Assembly (NCBI GenBank): GCA_963821565.1
Contig: CAWGEK010000014.1
Span: 14,765-78,764, forward strand
Length of the DNA: 64,000 nt
Direction of reading: 5' to 3'
Origin: an uncultured Alphaproteobacteria bacterium
Lineage (GTDB): Bacteria > Pseudomonadota > Alphaproteobacteria > Rhizobiales > Hyphomicrobiaceae
This document shows, in pieces, positions 9,689-20,695 of the stretch. A model generated the notes under the pieces. That model worked only from the letters and a program-made list of their open reading frames with translations. It made no database searches and was not told where the DNA came from. Each line of letters begins with the position of its first letter. Within the stretch, counting starts at the first letter, position 1. The position numbers were made by a program, and so were the translations under genes.

Positions 9689-11947
9689 ATGGGGGAAATT
9701 CACCAGGGTGCCGCGCTCGCCGCCAGTGGCAGCGCCAGCCTGGGATTCGGCGCGGCGGCGTCTCCGGCGACAAGGCTCGGCGGAATCGGCGCGCCGTTGC
9801 AGGCGCTGCGGGCTGCAGCTGCTTGGATGCGGACAATCGCTCGCAACCGTTCTCGAGCCCGCCGGGCAGGCCCTTGTCAACGAAGCCGCGCGCATTCTCG
9901 AGCAGCAGGTGTGCCGGATCGCGGTGGTAGGCCAGATCAAGTCCGGCAAGAGCTCGTTCATCAATGCTCTGGTGCAGGATCCGGCGCTGCTGCCCACCGA
10001 CGTCACTCCCTGGACGACCGCCGTGACGAACCTGCACTTCGGGCAAGCGGCGCCCAGCAACCATGCTGCGGTATTCCAGTTCTTTTCGGAAGCCGAGTGG
10101 CAAGGGCTTGCAGAAGGCGGCGGGCGCATTCGTGAGCTCACCGAGCGGCTGGTTCCGGGTTTCGAGCCGGAGCTTCTGCGCCAGCACGTCGAAGCGCTCA
10201 GGCGACGGGCCGGAGCGCGCCTCGGATCGGAATTCAGCCAGCTGCTCGGACGCGCCCACTATTTCGCGACGATCGAGACGAATATTCTGCGGCATTACGT
10301 GTGCTCGGGAGATTTCGCAACGCATGCCACCGAGATACCTCTCGGCAAGTACTCCGACATCACAAAGACTGCGGATCTCTATTATGCGCACGGGCCCTTC
10401 GACTATCCGGTGACCCTCACCGACACGCCCGGCACCAACGATCCGTTTCTCATTCGCGACGAGATCACGCGCCGCAGCCTCGAGTTTGCCGACCTCTACA
10501 TCGTGGTTCTGACGGCGCGTCAGCCGCTCTCCGAATCCGACGTCTCGCTCCTCAGGCTGATGCACGGCCTCAATCGGGAGCGCATCGTCGTCTTCGTCAA
10601 TCGGATCGACGATCTTGCCGATGTCGGGCGCGAACTTGGGCAGGTGCTCTCATTTGTCGAGAAGAAGCTCAAGGACGAGTTTCCGGGCGCTCACATTCCG
10701 ATCGTCGCCGGCAGCGCCTGGTGGGCGAGCTCTGCGCTCAATCTCGACGGGACGGCGCTCGACCGGCTTTTCGAGCGCCGCTCGCTCGGATACCTGGGCG
10801 AGCTGGGTCTCGTCCCCCGCGAAGAGCTGGTGCGGGGCGCGATGGAGTACGCGGCGCACCGGGAACGGCTTCGGCAGGCGCTACTCGCGACATCGGGCTT
10901 GCCGGCCATGCACCGCGCCGTCACCGATCTCATGGGGTCAAGCCAAGCGGCGCAGTGCCTCGGGCAGATCGCGCGATGCTTCGGGGAGATTGCCGGCGCC
11001 AGCGAGGGTGCCACACGCAGTGAGATTGAAAGCCTGACAAACGCTCGCCGGGCTATGGCCACAGCGCCGCCGCGATCGCAGGATCAACTTCTGCAACTCG
11101 AGCAGGAGGCGCGCGTGCTTAACGAGGTGGGTCTCCAGATCGGCGAGTCGGGCAAGAACATCGGAGCGCAACTTGCCGGCATCATCCAGGAGGAAATGGA
11201 TCAGCTGCGCTCCGGGCTCGAGTGGGCCGTCAAAAGGCACGCATCGATGGAAAGTGATGTTTTGATAGATACGCTCCAGCGGGGGCGGGCGCCGAAGATC
11301 TGGACGCACGAAGGGGTCGATCTCCGGCGGCGGCTGGCGGACGTGTTCATGGCCGGCTTTGAGCGGGCGGCGGCGCGTGTCCTCGAGTTCCAGACGCGTG
11401 TCGGCCCCGGAGCTGCACGAGGTCCTGCGCCTGGTCGCGCCCGGCGCGCCGATGCCGTCGGTGCCAGAGAGGCGCATGCCCGAGATTCCGACGCCGAACG
11501 TGTCGCCGCTCAGTCGTTTCGTTGCGCTCGATCTCGACGGCGCGTGGTGGATGGCGTTTCTCAGAGGGCGCCCCTCTCCCACGGCGTGCGGGAAAAAGAT
11601 AGAGGCCCTCATCACATCCGAATTTCAGCCCGTGGTTGACGAGCTGGTGCGGTCGGCGGAATGGGCCTTGAGCGGATACTGCGCGACGACGACCAAATGG
11701 TCCTTCGGAATCTGCATCAACATCGTGCAGGCCCTCGAGCGGCGGCGGGAGCAGCTTGCCAGAAGCTATCATTCACTGAAAGCCGAGGGGAGCGGCGCAA
11801 CCGCGGCAGCATCTCAAGAGCATTCGAGTCAGGGTTAGGGTGCTGACCGAGCGGCTGCAGCTTTGCGTGAACTTGAACCATCAGCTCGAGGGTATTCTGC
11901 ACGAAATCACCAGGGGCTTCTATCGGGCGCAGGAGGCTGTAACATGA
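9689..11947 (+). CDS. bacterial dynamin-like GTPase 1 (frameshifted)
   Basis: G1 GQIKSGKSS, G2 LPTDVTPWT, G3 DTPG, G4 NRID; long helical C-terminus; reconstructed stop TGA at 11947. Confidence 0.85.
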
Positions 11948-13281
11948 ACGGAGCCGCGGTGAAGCTCCTCGCTCGCATCGAGAATGCACGCAGCCAGCTG
12001 GTGGCGGCGCAACTGCCGGACAAGGCCGTAAGGTACTGCATCGCCGGTCTGGAGCGGATGGAACGAGTCCTGGCACGTGCGCCGCGTGTCGCCATTCTCG
12101 GCGAGGTCAACTCCGGTAAGACGTCCGTCGCCGACCTGCTGCTCGGGGCCGGCCTCTTGCCGACGAGCGTCGTTGCGAACACGCAGGTGCCGGTGCTCAT
12201 CAGGTACGCGGAGGCGCTATCGGTTTTTGCCATCACGCAGAACGGCCGCCATCGCCTGACTGACTACGGCCCCGACGCCTTGCCGAGCGGCCTCGAGCTG
12301 AGGGCGGTGGAGATCGGGCTGCCGAGCGATCGGCTTCTCAATTTTCAGATTCTGGATACGCCGAGCCTGGGCGACGCCGCCGAGATCGCCAAGGACGGCG
12401 AGATCCTGATCTGGTGCACGGTTAGCACGCGTGCGTGGACGGAGAGCGAGCGCGCGGTCTGGTCGGCGCTGCCGCCACGGTGCTGGCGCAACGGCTTCCT
12501 CGTCGCGACTCACAAGGACGCTCTGCAGGACGCGGTAGACATAACGAAAATAGAGCAAAGATTGCGGGCGATCACGGCGCCGATGTTCCGCGATATTCTG
12601 CTCGTCTCGGCGGCCGATGCGTCTCAGCATGGCGCGCCGAGCGGCGGAAACGCGCGCGACGGCGGTGCCGAGGCGCTCATCGCACATGTCGAGGCGTTGG
12701 CGGACGAGATCACCGAACGTCGTGCCCACAAGGCGGAAAAGATCATACGCCGCCTGGCACGATTGACTTTCCATCATCTTGCTGCGGCGGAGCTCAAGAC
12801 CGAGGCCGCCAATCAACTCAAGGATTGGGAGGCTCGCTCGGCGAAGCTTCTGCAAGACCTCGGGCATGGATCTACAAGCTTCGCGACCGTCATTGAAAAC
12901 CTTCTCAAAGAGTTCGCGGAAGCTGTCGAGCAGGCCCGGCCTGGCGCCGTCAAGCGTCAGTCGTCGTCGCGGGCCGTGGTGACGAGCGGCGGCGGAGGGG
13001 CTGTGGGCTGGCCGCTTCGCGCGGCGGCGGGCCAACGGTTTGCACGTCTGCTCGCGGCGGATCTCACGGCGCTGTTGCGGATAGAGCTTGCGCACTGGGG
13101 ATTGCGCGATCCCGCGAAGGACGTCGACTACCGCATGGCGCGGTCCGCTCTCGTCTCTCTCGCCGATCTTGGCGGCGCGTTCGATGCTCTCGGCCAAATC
13201 CTGCTTTCGGGAAGGAACCGTGCAGTGGTTGCCGCCGAGATGGCGCCGAAAAGTTACGGCGGCACGGGTCTGCTGCACTAG
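11944..13281 (+). CDS. bacterial dynamin-like GTPase 2
   Basis: G1 GEVNSGKTS, G2 LPTSVVANT, G3 DTPS, AWTESE, G4 THKD; ATGA overlap with the upstream stop. Confidence 0.8.
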   Translation: MNGAAVKLLARIENARSQLVAAQLPDKAVRYCIAGLERMERVLARAPRVAILGEVNSGKTSVADLLLGAGLLPTSVVANTQVPVLIRYAEALSVFAITQNGRHRLTDYGPDALPSGLELRAVEIGLPSDRLLNFQILDTPSLGDAAEIAKDGEILIWCTVSTRAWTESERAVWSALPPRCWRNGFLVATHKDALQDAVDITKIEQRLRAITAPMFRDILLVSAADASQHGAPSGGNARDGGAEALIAHVEALADEITERRAHKAEKIIRRLARLTFHHLAAAELKTEAANQLKDWEARSAKLLQDLGHGSTSFATVIENLLKEFAEAVEQARPGAVKRQSSSRAVVTSGGGGAVGWPLRAAAGQRFARLLAADLTALLRIELAHWGLRDPAKDVDYRMARSALVSLADLGGAFDALGQILLSGRNRAVVAAEMAPKSYGGTGLLH

Positions 13282-13321
13282 GGCGTTCTTCGATCCGATG
13301 GAATCGGATCGGACGCCCTAG
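13278..13321. terminator. long hairpin at the end of the dynamin operon
   Basis: CTAGGGCGT..CGATCCGA-TGGAA-TCGGATCG..ACGCCCTAG inverted repeat between convergent genes. Confidence 0.5.
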
Positions 13322-13335
13322 GTTCCTTGCTTGTC

Positions 13336-13460
13336 GCATTTTCTGCGACAAACCGGTGTCCACCCCGGATCGTCGTCCGTGCGGAGCACGGCTTCGCCGT
13401 GACGCGCAGCATGGCGCCGCCATGACGTCCGGGGCAGGCTTTCGTCGGAAAATGCTCTAG
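13336..13460. repeat. rhizobial REP/RIME-like palindromic element with nested hairpins
   Basis: GCATTTTC...AACCGGTGTCCAC...GAAAATGCTCTAG ends enclosing CCCCGGA...TCCGGGG and two inner hairpins. Confidence 0.6.
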
Positions 13461-13479
13461 AGCGGCGCAAGAAGCTCAA

Positions 13480-14382
13480 TCAGAATCGGGTCTCTTGCGG
13501 TGCCAGTAGGCGCCCGACGCACGCGGCTACGCCATCCTGCCATGGGGGAAGTCTCAGCCCGAAGGCCTGCTCGAGCTTGGTGCAGTCGAGCTCCGAATTC
13601 GTTGGGCGGGCAGAAGCTAGCGGATAATCCGCGGTCGTGATGGCGTCGACGGCGGCGGACGGGCCCTCGAGCTCGGCCGCTTTGCGCATGACCTCGCTGG
13701 CGAGCTCCCACCACGTCGCGCCGCCCGAGCCCGCGGCGTGATAGACGCCCCAGCGTTGATCAGCGACGTCCCGGCCCTTCATCTGCAGAGCGATGGCGAT
13801 GATCGCGTCTACCAGGTGCGGGGCATAGGTCGGGCTGCCGCGCTGATCGTCGACAATCCGGAGGCGCGCGCGCGATTGCGCCTGATCGAGGATCGTCTTC
13901 ACGAAATTGCGCCCCATGGCGCTGTAGACCCACGCGGTCCGCAAGATGATGTGCATGGGGTTTGCCTCTTGGACGGCGGCCTCCCCTTCGAGCTTCGAGC
14001 GCCCGTAGACGCTGAGCGGCGCTGGGGTATCGGTTTCGACATAGGGCGCCATCTTGCGCCCGTCGAAGACGTGGTCCGTCGAGATGTGGATGATGGGGAC
14101 GCCGCGGCGCGCCGCGGCGAGCGCTAAGAGGCGCGCGCCGTCACGGTTCAGCGCGAAGGCGCGCTCGGGCTCGGTTTCAGCCTTGTCGACGGCGGTGTAG
14201 GCGGCGGCATTGATGACGATATCCGGGCCGGCGTCGGAAAGGGCCCGCTCGATGGTGCGCGGCTCGCAGATGTCGAGCGCGGGGCGACCGACGGCGCAGG
14301 CCGTGATGTCACGCGAACGCGGCGCCGCCTCGACGAACGCGCGAGCAATCTGTCCCTGCCAGCCGGCAATCAAAATCCGCAT
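13480..14382 (-). CDS. rfbD: dTDP-4-dehydrorhamnose reductase
   Basis: GWQGQIA, NAAAYTAVDKAE, ISTDHVFDG, YGRSKLEGE, LRTAWVYS, DQRGSPT. Confidence 0.95.
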   Translation of the reverse strand: MRILIAGWQGQIARAFVEAAPRSRDITACAVGRPALDICEPRTIERALSDAGPDIVINAAAYTAVDKAETEPERAFALNRDGARLLALAAARRGVPIIHISTDHVFDGRKMAPYVETDTPAPLSVYGRSKLEGEAAVQEANPMHIILRTAWVYSAMGRNFVKTILDQAQSRARLRIVDDQRGSPTYAPHLVDAIIAIALQMKGRDVADQRWGVYHAAGSGGATWWELASEVMRKAAELEGPSAAVDAITTADYPLASARPTNSELDCTKLEQAFGLRLPPWQDGVAACVGRLLAPQETRF

Positions 14383-14458
14383 GTCGCGTTCGACACTGCC
14401 AGATTTGGACGCTCTGGTCACCCAGGTACGAGGGTGCAGCGTTCTCGACGCACGATCT

Positions 14459-15034
14459 TCAGGAGAACTGCTTCCAGGTGACCGTCACTTTGGTGCCGGT
14501 CGGCACGCGCGGGTAAAGGTCGAGGACATCCTCATTGTACATGCGGATGCAGCCCTTGGACGCAGCGGTGCCGATCGTCCACGGGGCGTCGGTGCCGTGG
14601 ATGCGGTAGGACGAGGCGCCTAGATAGAGCGCGCGCACGCCGAGCGGGTTCATGGGATGGCCGCCCGGGACCCAACGCGGAAGGTTCGGGTTCTCGCGTA
14701 TCATCGTGGGGGTCGGCGTCCATGCCGGGTTCACGGCCTTGTGGGATACGGACGTGACGCCCGCCCAGCGGTCCTGCTCGCGCGGGATTGCGATCGGGTA
14801 GCTGATCGCCTCGCCCTTCCTGTGGATCCAGTAGAGCTTGCGGTCGCCGAAAGAGACGATGATCTGGCGTGGCGCATAGCTCGGATGGAAGCGCACCACC
14901 TCACGCGATCCTCCGCCCCATAGAAACGAGAGAAGATCCTGAGCGGATGCTGTTGCCGGCACTAGGACAAGAGATGCAGAGAGCAGGGCAACTGCCGTCA
15001 AAAGACGGCGCGCACTAAGACCAAGCTTGGGCAT
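14459..15034 (-). CDS. L,D-transpeptidase (YkuD family)
   Basis: Signal peptide; NPLGVRALYL..YRIHGT..SKGCIRM catalytic His/Cys motif. Confidence 0.93.
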   Translation of the reverse strand: MPKLGLSARRLLTAVALLSASLVLVPATASAQDLLSFLWGGGSREVVRFHPSYAPRQIIVSFGDRKLYWIHRKGEAISYPIAIPREQDRWAGVTSVSHKAVNPAWTPTPTMIRENPNLPRWVPGGHPMNPLGVRALYLGASSYRIHGTDAPWTIGTAASKGCIRMYNEDVLDLYPRVPTGTKVTVTWKQFS

Positions 15035-15478
15035 GAGTTTGAATTCCCCCTAAGGAACTTCGAACGCCCTCCCGGAAGTATCAGACCTGTCGCGTGAGAA
15101 TACGGCAGCGTCTGGGCAAATCAGCGGGACGCCAGACTGCCGGGTCGGCTCAGCGCAGGCAAGCCGAAAGAACCCGTACGGTCGCCCCGTTCGACGGCTT
15201 GAGTTGAGGAAAAATTCCCGAGCAATCAACGGTCTTAGTCCAATCGACGTGGAGGGCCGAATTGAATGGGTAGCCGCCACGGAATGATTCAAGGGGATGA
15301 GGAACGGGTCCCGATCAGGGGGCCATGGGGTTGTCGTCAACGTCGTAGCCGCGTTCCAGCGGCCTTTTGCTCATTTCTTGCTCGCTTCGTCGTGTTCGAG
15401 ATTGCCGATTGGGCAGTACATAGCCCCGTCCGCATGGGCGAGTCCTCTCAAATCCCGGAATATCGGCCTTTCGGAAGC

Positions 15479-15493
15479 TGGCACGCCGCTTGC
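15479..15493 (+). promoter_or_regulatory. sigma54 promoter of the nitrogen-scavenging operon
   Basis: TGGCACGCCGCTTGC, exact TGGCAC-N5-TTGC consensus about 58 nt upstream of the SBP start. Confidence 0.85.
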
Positions 15494-15550
15494 CTATGAA
15501 TATTACGAACGGCGCGTTTCGTAATACTGGCTTCTGCGAAGGAGGATGAC

Positions 15551-16541
15551 ATGGGGCGCAAAGCTCGTCTTGGGGCAACGCTTGGACTTGCGATCTCACT
15601 TGCACTCGGCTCGGCGCCTGCCGCATGGGCGGCCGCACTCAAGATCGGCTATAGCGATTGGCCGGGCTGGGTCGCATGGCAGGTCGCCATCGAGAAAGGC
15701 TGGTTCAAGGAAGCCGGCGTCGAGGTCGAATTCGAGTGGTTCGACTATGTGCCGTCGATGGACGCCTTCAGCGCCGGCAAGCTCGACGCCGTGGGCATGA
15801 CAAACGGCGACGCGCTGGTCGTGGGAGCGACCGGCGGCAAGAGCGTCACGATCCTGGTCAACGACTACTCGAACGGCAATGACATGATCATCGCCAAGCC
15901 CGGGATCAAATCGCTCAAGGAACTCAAGGGCAAGAAGATCGGCGTCGAGGTCGGCTTCGTCGACCACCTTCTGCTTCTCAATGGCCTCGAGAAGATCGGC
16001 ATGAAGGAAAGCGACGTCACGCTTGTCAACACCAAGACGAACGAGACGCCGCAGGTTCTGGCCTCCGGCGATGTCGACGCGATCGGCGCGTGGCAGCCGA
16101 GCTCGGGACAGGCCCTCAAGCTCGTGGCCGGCTCGACGACGATCTACACTTCGGCTGACGAGCCGGGTTTGATTTACGACGTACTCGTGGTCAACCCGGC
16201 GAGCCTTGCCAGCCGGCGCGGCAGACTGGCTAAAGGTGATCAAGGTGTGGGATCGCGTCGTGGCCTACATCAACGATCCCAAGACGACCGACGATGCCGT
16301 GAAGATCATGGCGGCCCGCGTCGGGCTAAAGCCCGAGGAGTACAAGCCGTTCCTCGCCGGCACCAAGCTGCAGACGCTCGCGGAAGGCAAGAAGATCTTC
16401 GAGAAGGCCGACGGGTTCAAGTCGATCTACGGCTCGTCCAAGATCGTCGACGACTTCAACATCAGATACGAGGTCTACAAGGAAAAGCAGGACATCGACA
16501 GCTACATCGATCCGTCGCTGACGATCGAGGCCAACAAGTAG
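15551..16541 (+). CDS. NitT/TauT-family ABC transporter substrate-binding protein (urea-carboxylase-associated type)
   Basis: Signal peptide, [28 protein letters not shown]; one frameshift near 16220. Confidence 0.9.
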
Positions 16542-16587
16542 CAGCCGGACACTTGTACGCTCACCAGCCCGACGTGCGGAGGTGGCG

Positions 16588-17556
16588 ATGAAACGCAGCA
16601 AGTGGTTTCTGGTTAGGAAGCCGCTGTCGCCGACATCGAGACAGCTGTTCGGCATTCTTTCCTTCGTGGTGCCGCTCGCGGTCTGGTGTCTCGTCAGCTA
16701 CGTACCGTGGATCTGGCATCCCCAGGTCCTCATCTCCAATCCCGGCAGCGTCGGCTATCTAAAGCCGGGCATGCGTGCCGACCGCGCGGTGTTCGACAAA
16801 GAGGTCGAGACTGCGGTCGCGAATGGGGCGGCGCCTCCAGAGGGCCGCCCCACAAATCCCGTCTATCTCCCGCGCGCCGCACGAGGTGGCGGCGGCGTTC
16901 TACACCTCGTTCACGACCGCACCTGAGATCGCGCGACGGCGTGTGGCTGCATGAGAGCCTGTGGCACAGCATCCAGATCATCTTCTGGGGCTTTTTCATC
17001 TCGTCGCTGATCGGCGTGCCGCTCGGCATCCTCTCGGCGGGCCTATCCCGCCATTGCGCGGATGACGGAGCCGTTCACCGAGTTCTTCCGCTATCTGCCG
17101 GCGCCCGCGTTCGGCGCGCTCGCGGTCGCCATACTCGGCATCTACGACGGGCCCAAGATCGCCATCATCGTCATCGGCACGCTGTTCCAGCAGATCCTGA
17201 TCATCGCCAATACGACGCGGCAGCTCGATTTCGCACTCGTCGAGGCGGCGCTGACGCTCGGCACCAAGCGGCGGCAAATGCTGCCGCGCGTCGTCATTCC
17301 GGGCGTGCTGCCGAATCTCTACCGCGATCAACGCATCCTGCTCGGCTGGGCCTGGACGTATCTCATCGTCGCTGAGCTGATCGGCACGTCGACCGGCATT
17401 ACCTGGTTCATCACGCAGCAGGCGCGCTATCAGCATTTCGCCAATGTCTACGCCGCTATCGTCATGATCGGGCTCCTCGGCCTGGGTACGGACATGTTGC
17501 TCGCATTGCTGGGCAAGCGGCTATTTCCCTGGGATCGCACCGAGGGGGGGAGCTAG
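16588..17556 (+). CDS. ABC transporter permease
   Basis: [23 protein letters not shown] motif, [11 protein letters not shown]; frameshifted. Confidence 0.9.
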
Positions 17557-17562
17557 CGTTCC

Positions 17563-18491
17563 ATGGATAGCAGGGTCCCGAGACCGTCCTACCGCGATCA
17601 ATCGCTGCCCGTGCGCGAGCGCTTCGAGCGGCTAAAAGTTCGTGATGTCATTCTGACCGTTCGAAATCTCGGCAAAGTCTTCACGGCGCGGAACAAGGAG
17701 ACGGTAGCGCTGCGGGATGTGAGCTTCACGACGCACCGGCGCGAGTTCCTGTGCGTCGTCGGCCCGTCGGGGTGCGGCAAGTCGACCCTGATCCGAATAC
17801 TCGCGGGGCTCGACGAGCAGACCTCGGGAGAGGTGCTGCTCGAGGGCAAGCCCGTCGCGGGACCGGGGCGCGACCGCGGCATGGTCTTTCAGGGCTACAC
17901 GCTCTTTCCCGTGGCTCACGGTGAAGAAGAACGTGATGTTCGGGCTTGAGGTCAACAACGACGGCAAGACAGACGCCGAGGCGCAGGCGCGGCAATGGCT
18001 CGATCTCGTCGGACTCGAGAAATTCGCCGACTGCCTACCCGTATCAGCTGTCGGGCGGCATGAAGCAGCGCGTCGCCATCGTGCGGGCGCTGGCAAATCA
18101 GCCGCGCATCCTGCTCATGGACGAGCCGTTCGGAGCGCTCGACGCGCAGACGCGCGCGCGCATGCAGGCGCACCTGCTCGAGATCTGGCGCAAGATCGAC
18201 ATCACCATCGTGTTCATCACCCACGATCTCGACGAGGCGATCTTCCTTGCCGACAGGATCCTCGTGCTCAAGCCGCATCCGGGCGAGGTGCAGGAGCTGA
18301 TCGAGGTGCCCGTGCCGCGCCCGCGCAGCCTCGACCAGTGCACGTCCGACGCCTTCATCGCCACCAAGGAGCGGCTCGAGGAGCTCATTCATCACGGGCA
18401 GCCGAAGCATGACGAGGCTGAAGGCGAGCAGGACGTGGATCTCTATCCCGCGCTCGCGCGGCTGACGGACGTCACGGACAACGTCGAATAG
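17563..18491 (+). CDS. ABC transporter ATP-binding protein
   Basis: [28 protein letters not shown]; frameshifted. Confidence 0.93.
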
Positions 18492-18504
18492 GGAGTGTGC
18501 CGCG

Positions 18505-19274
18505 ATGCTATGGTCGCAACGCACATGGACGGAGTTTCCCGCCGATCTCGAGGCCGCGCGGCAATCGGCAATCCTGCCGGTCGGCGCGACCGAGCAGCAT
18601 GGGCCGCATCTCGGCACGGGAATGGATGCCGTGCTCGCCGATCGCCTGTGCACGGCGGTCGCACAGGCACACCGGCGTGCCGATGCTGCCGACGCTGCCC
18701 TACGGCTGCTCGCTCGGACACAGCCGCCGCTGGCCCGGCACGATTGCGCTCCAGCCGGTGACGCTGATCCACGTGGTCAAGGAGATCGGCGACTGGGCCT
18801 ATCACAGCGGCGTGCGCCGACTTTTCATCGTCAATACCCACATGTCACGAATGCCGCGCCGCTGCGTTGCGCCCTGGAGATGCTGCGCGCCGAGCACGAC
18901 GACATGATGATCGCGGTCTTGAACTCGGCGACCATCAGCCAGCGGGTGCGGGAAGCGCATTTCGCCGACGGAGACGACTGGCACGCGAATGCCGCCGAGA
19001 CCTCGCTGATGCTCGCCGTCGCGCCGGAGATCGTGCGCCCGGAGCTCGTGGCCGAGTGCGGACGATCCCGACCGCACTGACGGGCTTATCTTTGCCCATC
19101 CGGTCAATCGCACCAGCCTCAACGGGGTCACCGGAGCGCCGAGCCAGGGCAGCGCCGAAAAGGGCAACGAGCTCTTTGCAATGGATGGTCGAGGACCTCT
19201 CCGCGCTCGTCGAGCGGGGCATGCGCGAGGAGCCGCCGCTCGGCCATTCTTATTTTTCGCAGATCACGACCTGA
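18505..19274 (+). CDS. creatininase-family amidohydrolase
   Basis: [41 protein letters not shown]; frameshifted. Confidence 0.88.
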
Positions 19275-19290
19275 AACCGCACGGAGACGA

Positions 19291-20675
19291 ATGATCACAA
19301 CCATGACGACACATCGGAACAGGTCGAGGCAATTCAGAAAGCCCGACTTGAAGGAACAGGGCGTCAAGTACTGCATCGGCGCCTATGTCGACATCCACGG
19401 CGTCCCCAAAGGCAAGGTCGTGCCGATCGAGCATCTGGGCCACATGGCGGAGGGCTCGGAGCGCTACACGGGCTACGCGCTCGACGGTCTCGGACAGGCG
19501 CCCCACGACGACGAGATCACGTCGATCCCCGATCTCAATCACGTCATCCAGCTGCCGTGGGAGCCGAAGGTTGCCTGGATGCCGGCCGACAACGCCTTCC
19601 AGGGGAAGCCTTATCCGCTCAACACGCGTGTCGCGCTCAAGAACGTGCTGGCGGACGCGGCCGCACTCGGCTTCGGATTCAATCTCGGCGTCGAGTGCGA
19701 GGTCTATCGTGCTGAAGCAGAACGCCGACGGCTCGCTCTCGATCCCCAATCCCAACGACAAGCTCGTCAAGCCCTGCTACGACTTGCAGGGTTTCGTCGA
19801 CAACTTCACGCTGGCTCGACAAGATGGCCTCCGCCATCAACGGCCTCGGCTGGGACCTCTATTCGTTCGATCACGAGGACGCCAACGGCCAGTTCGAGTT
19901 CGATTTCACCTATTCCGATGCGCTGACGACGTGCGACCGGGTGACCTTCTTCCGCTTCATGGCCAAGCATTACGCGCGAGGAGCAGGGGCTCGTCGCCAC
20001 GATGATGCCGAAGCCGTTCGCCAACCGGACCGGCACCGGCGCGCACTTCAACATGTCGCTCTACGATCTCGCGACAAGAAGAACGTCTTCGCTCTGCGAT
20101 CCATCAAAGGACCCGCGCGGGCTCGGTCTCACGGAGACGGGCTACCATTTCATCGGCGGCATTCTGAAACACGGCCGCGCGCTGTGCGCGGCCTTCGCGC
20201 CGACGGTCAACAGCTACAAGCGCCTCGTCCGGCAGGGCGGCATGGCCTTCTTCTCGTGGGCGCCGGTGTTCAACTCCTACGGCTCGAACAACCGCACGAA
20301 CTCGGTGCGCGTGCCGACGGGCGGCGGGCGCTGTGAATCACGCAATGCCGACGGCGCGGTCAATCCGTACCTCGCCGCGACGCTGGCGCTCGCGGCGGGC
20401 CTCGACGGCGTCCGCAACAAGATCGATCCGGGTCAGCCCGAACGAGGACAATCTCTACGCCATGTCGGAAGCGGAGCGGCGTGCACGCGGCATCGATTTC
20501 CTGCCGCAGACACTTGCACGAGGCCGTGGCGGCCTTCGCCGGCGATCCGTTCGTCGAGGCGACGCTCGGCCGCGAGCTGCGCGACGAGTTCATTCTCTAC
20601 AAGACCAACGAATGGGAAGCGTATCATCTGGCCATCAGCCCGTGGGAGGTCGAACGCTACAGCCATCTCTTCTGA
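19291..20675 (+). CDS. glnT: type III glutamine synthetase-like glutamate--amine ligase (copy 1)
   Basis: [61 protein letters not shown]; frameshifted. Confidence 0.85.
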
Positions 20676-20695
20676 AACTAGAAAAGGCCGAATCA

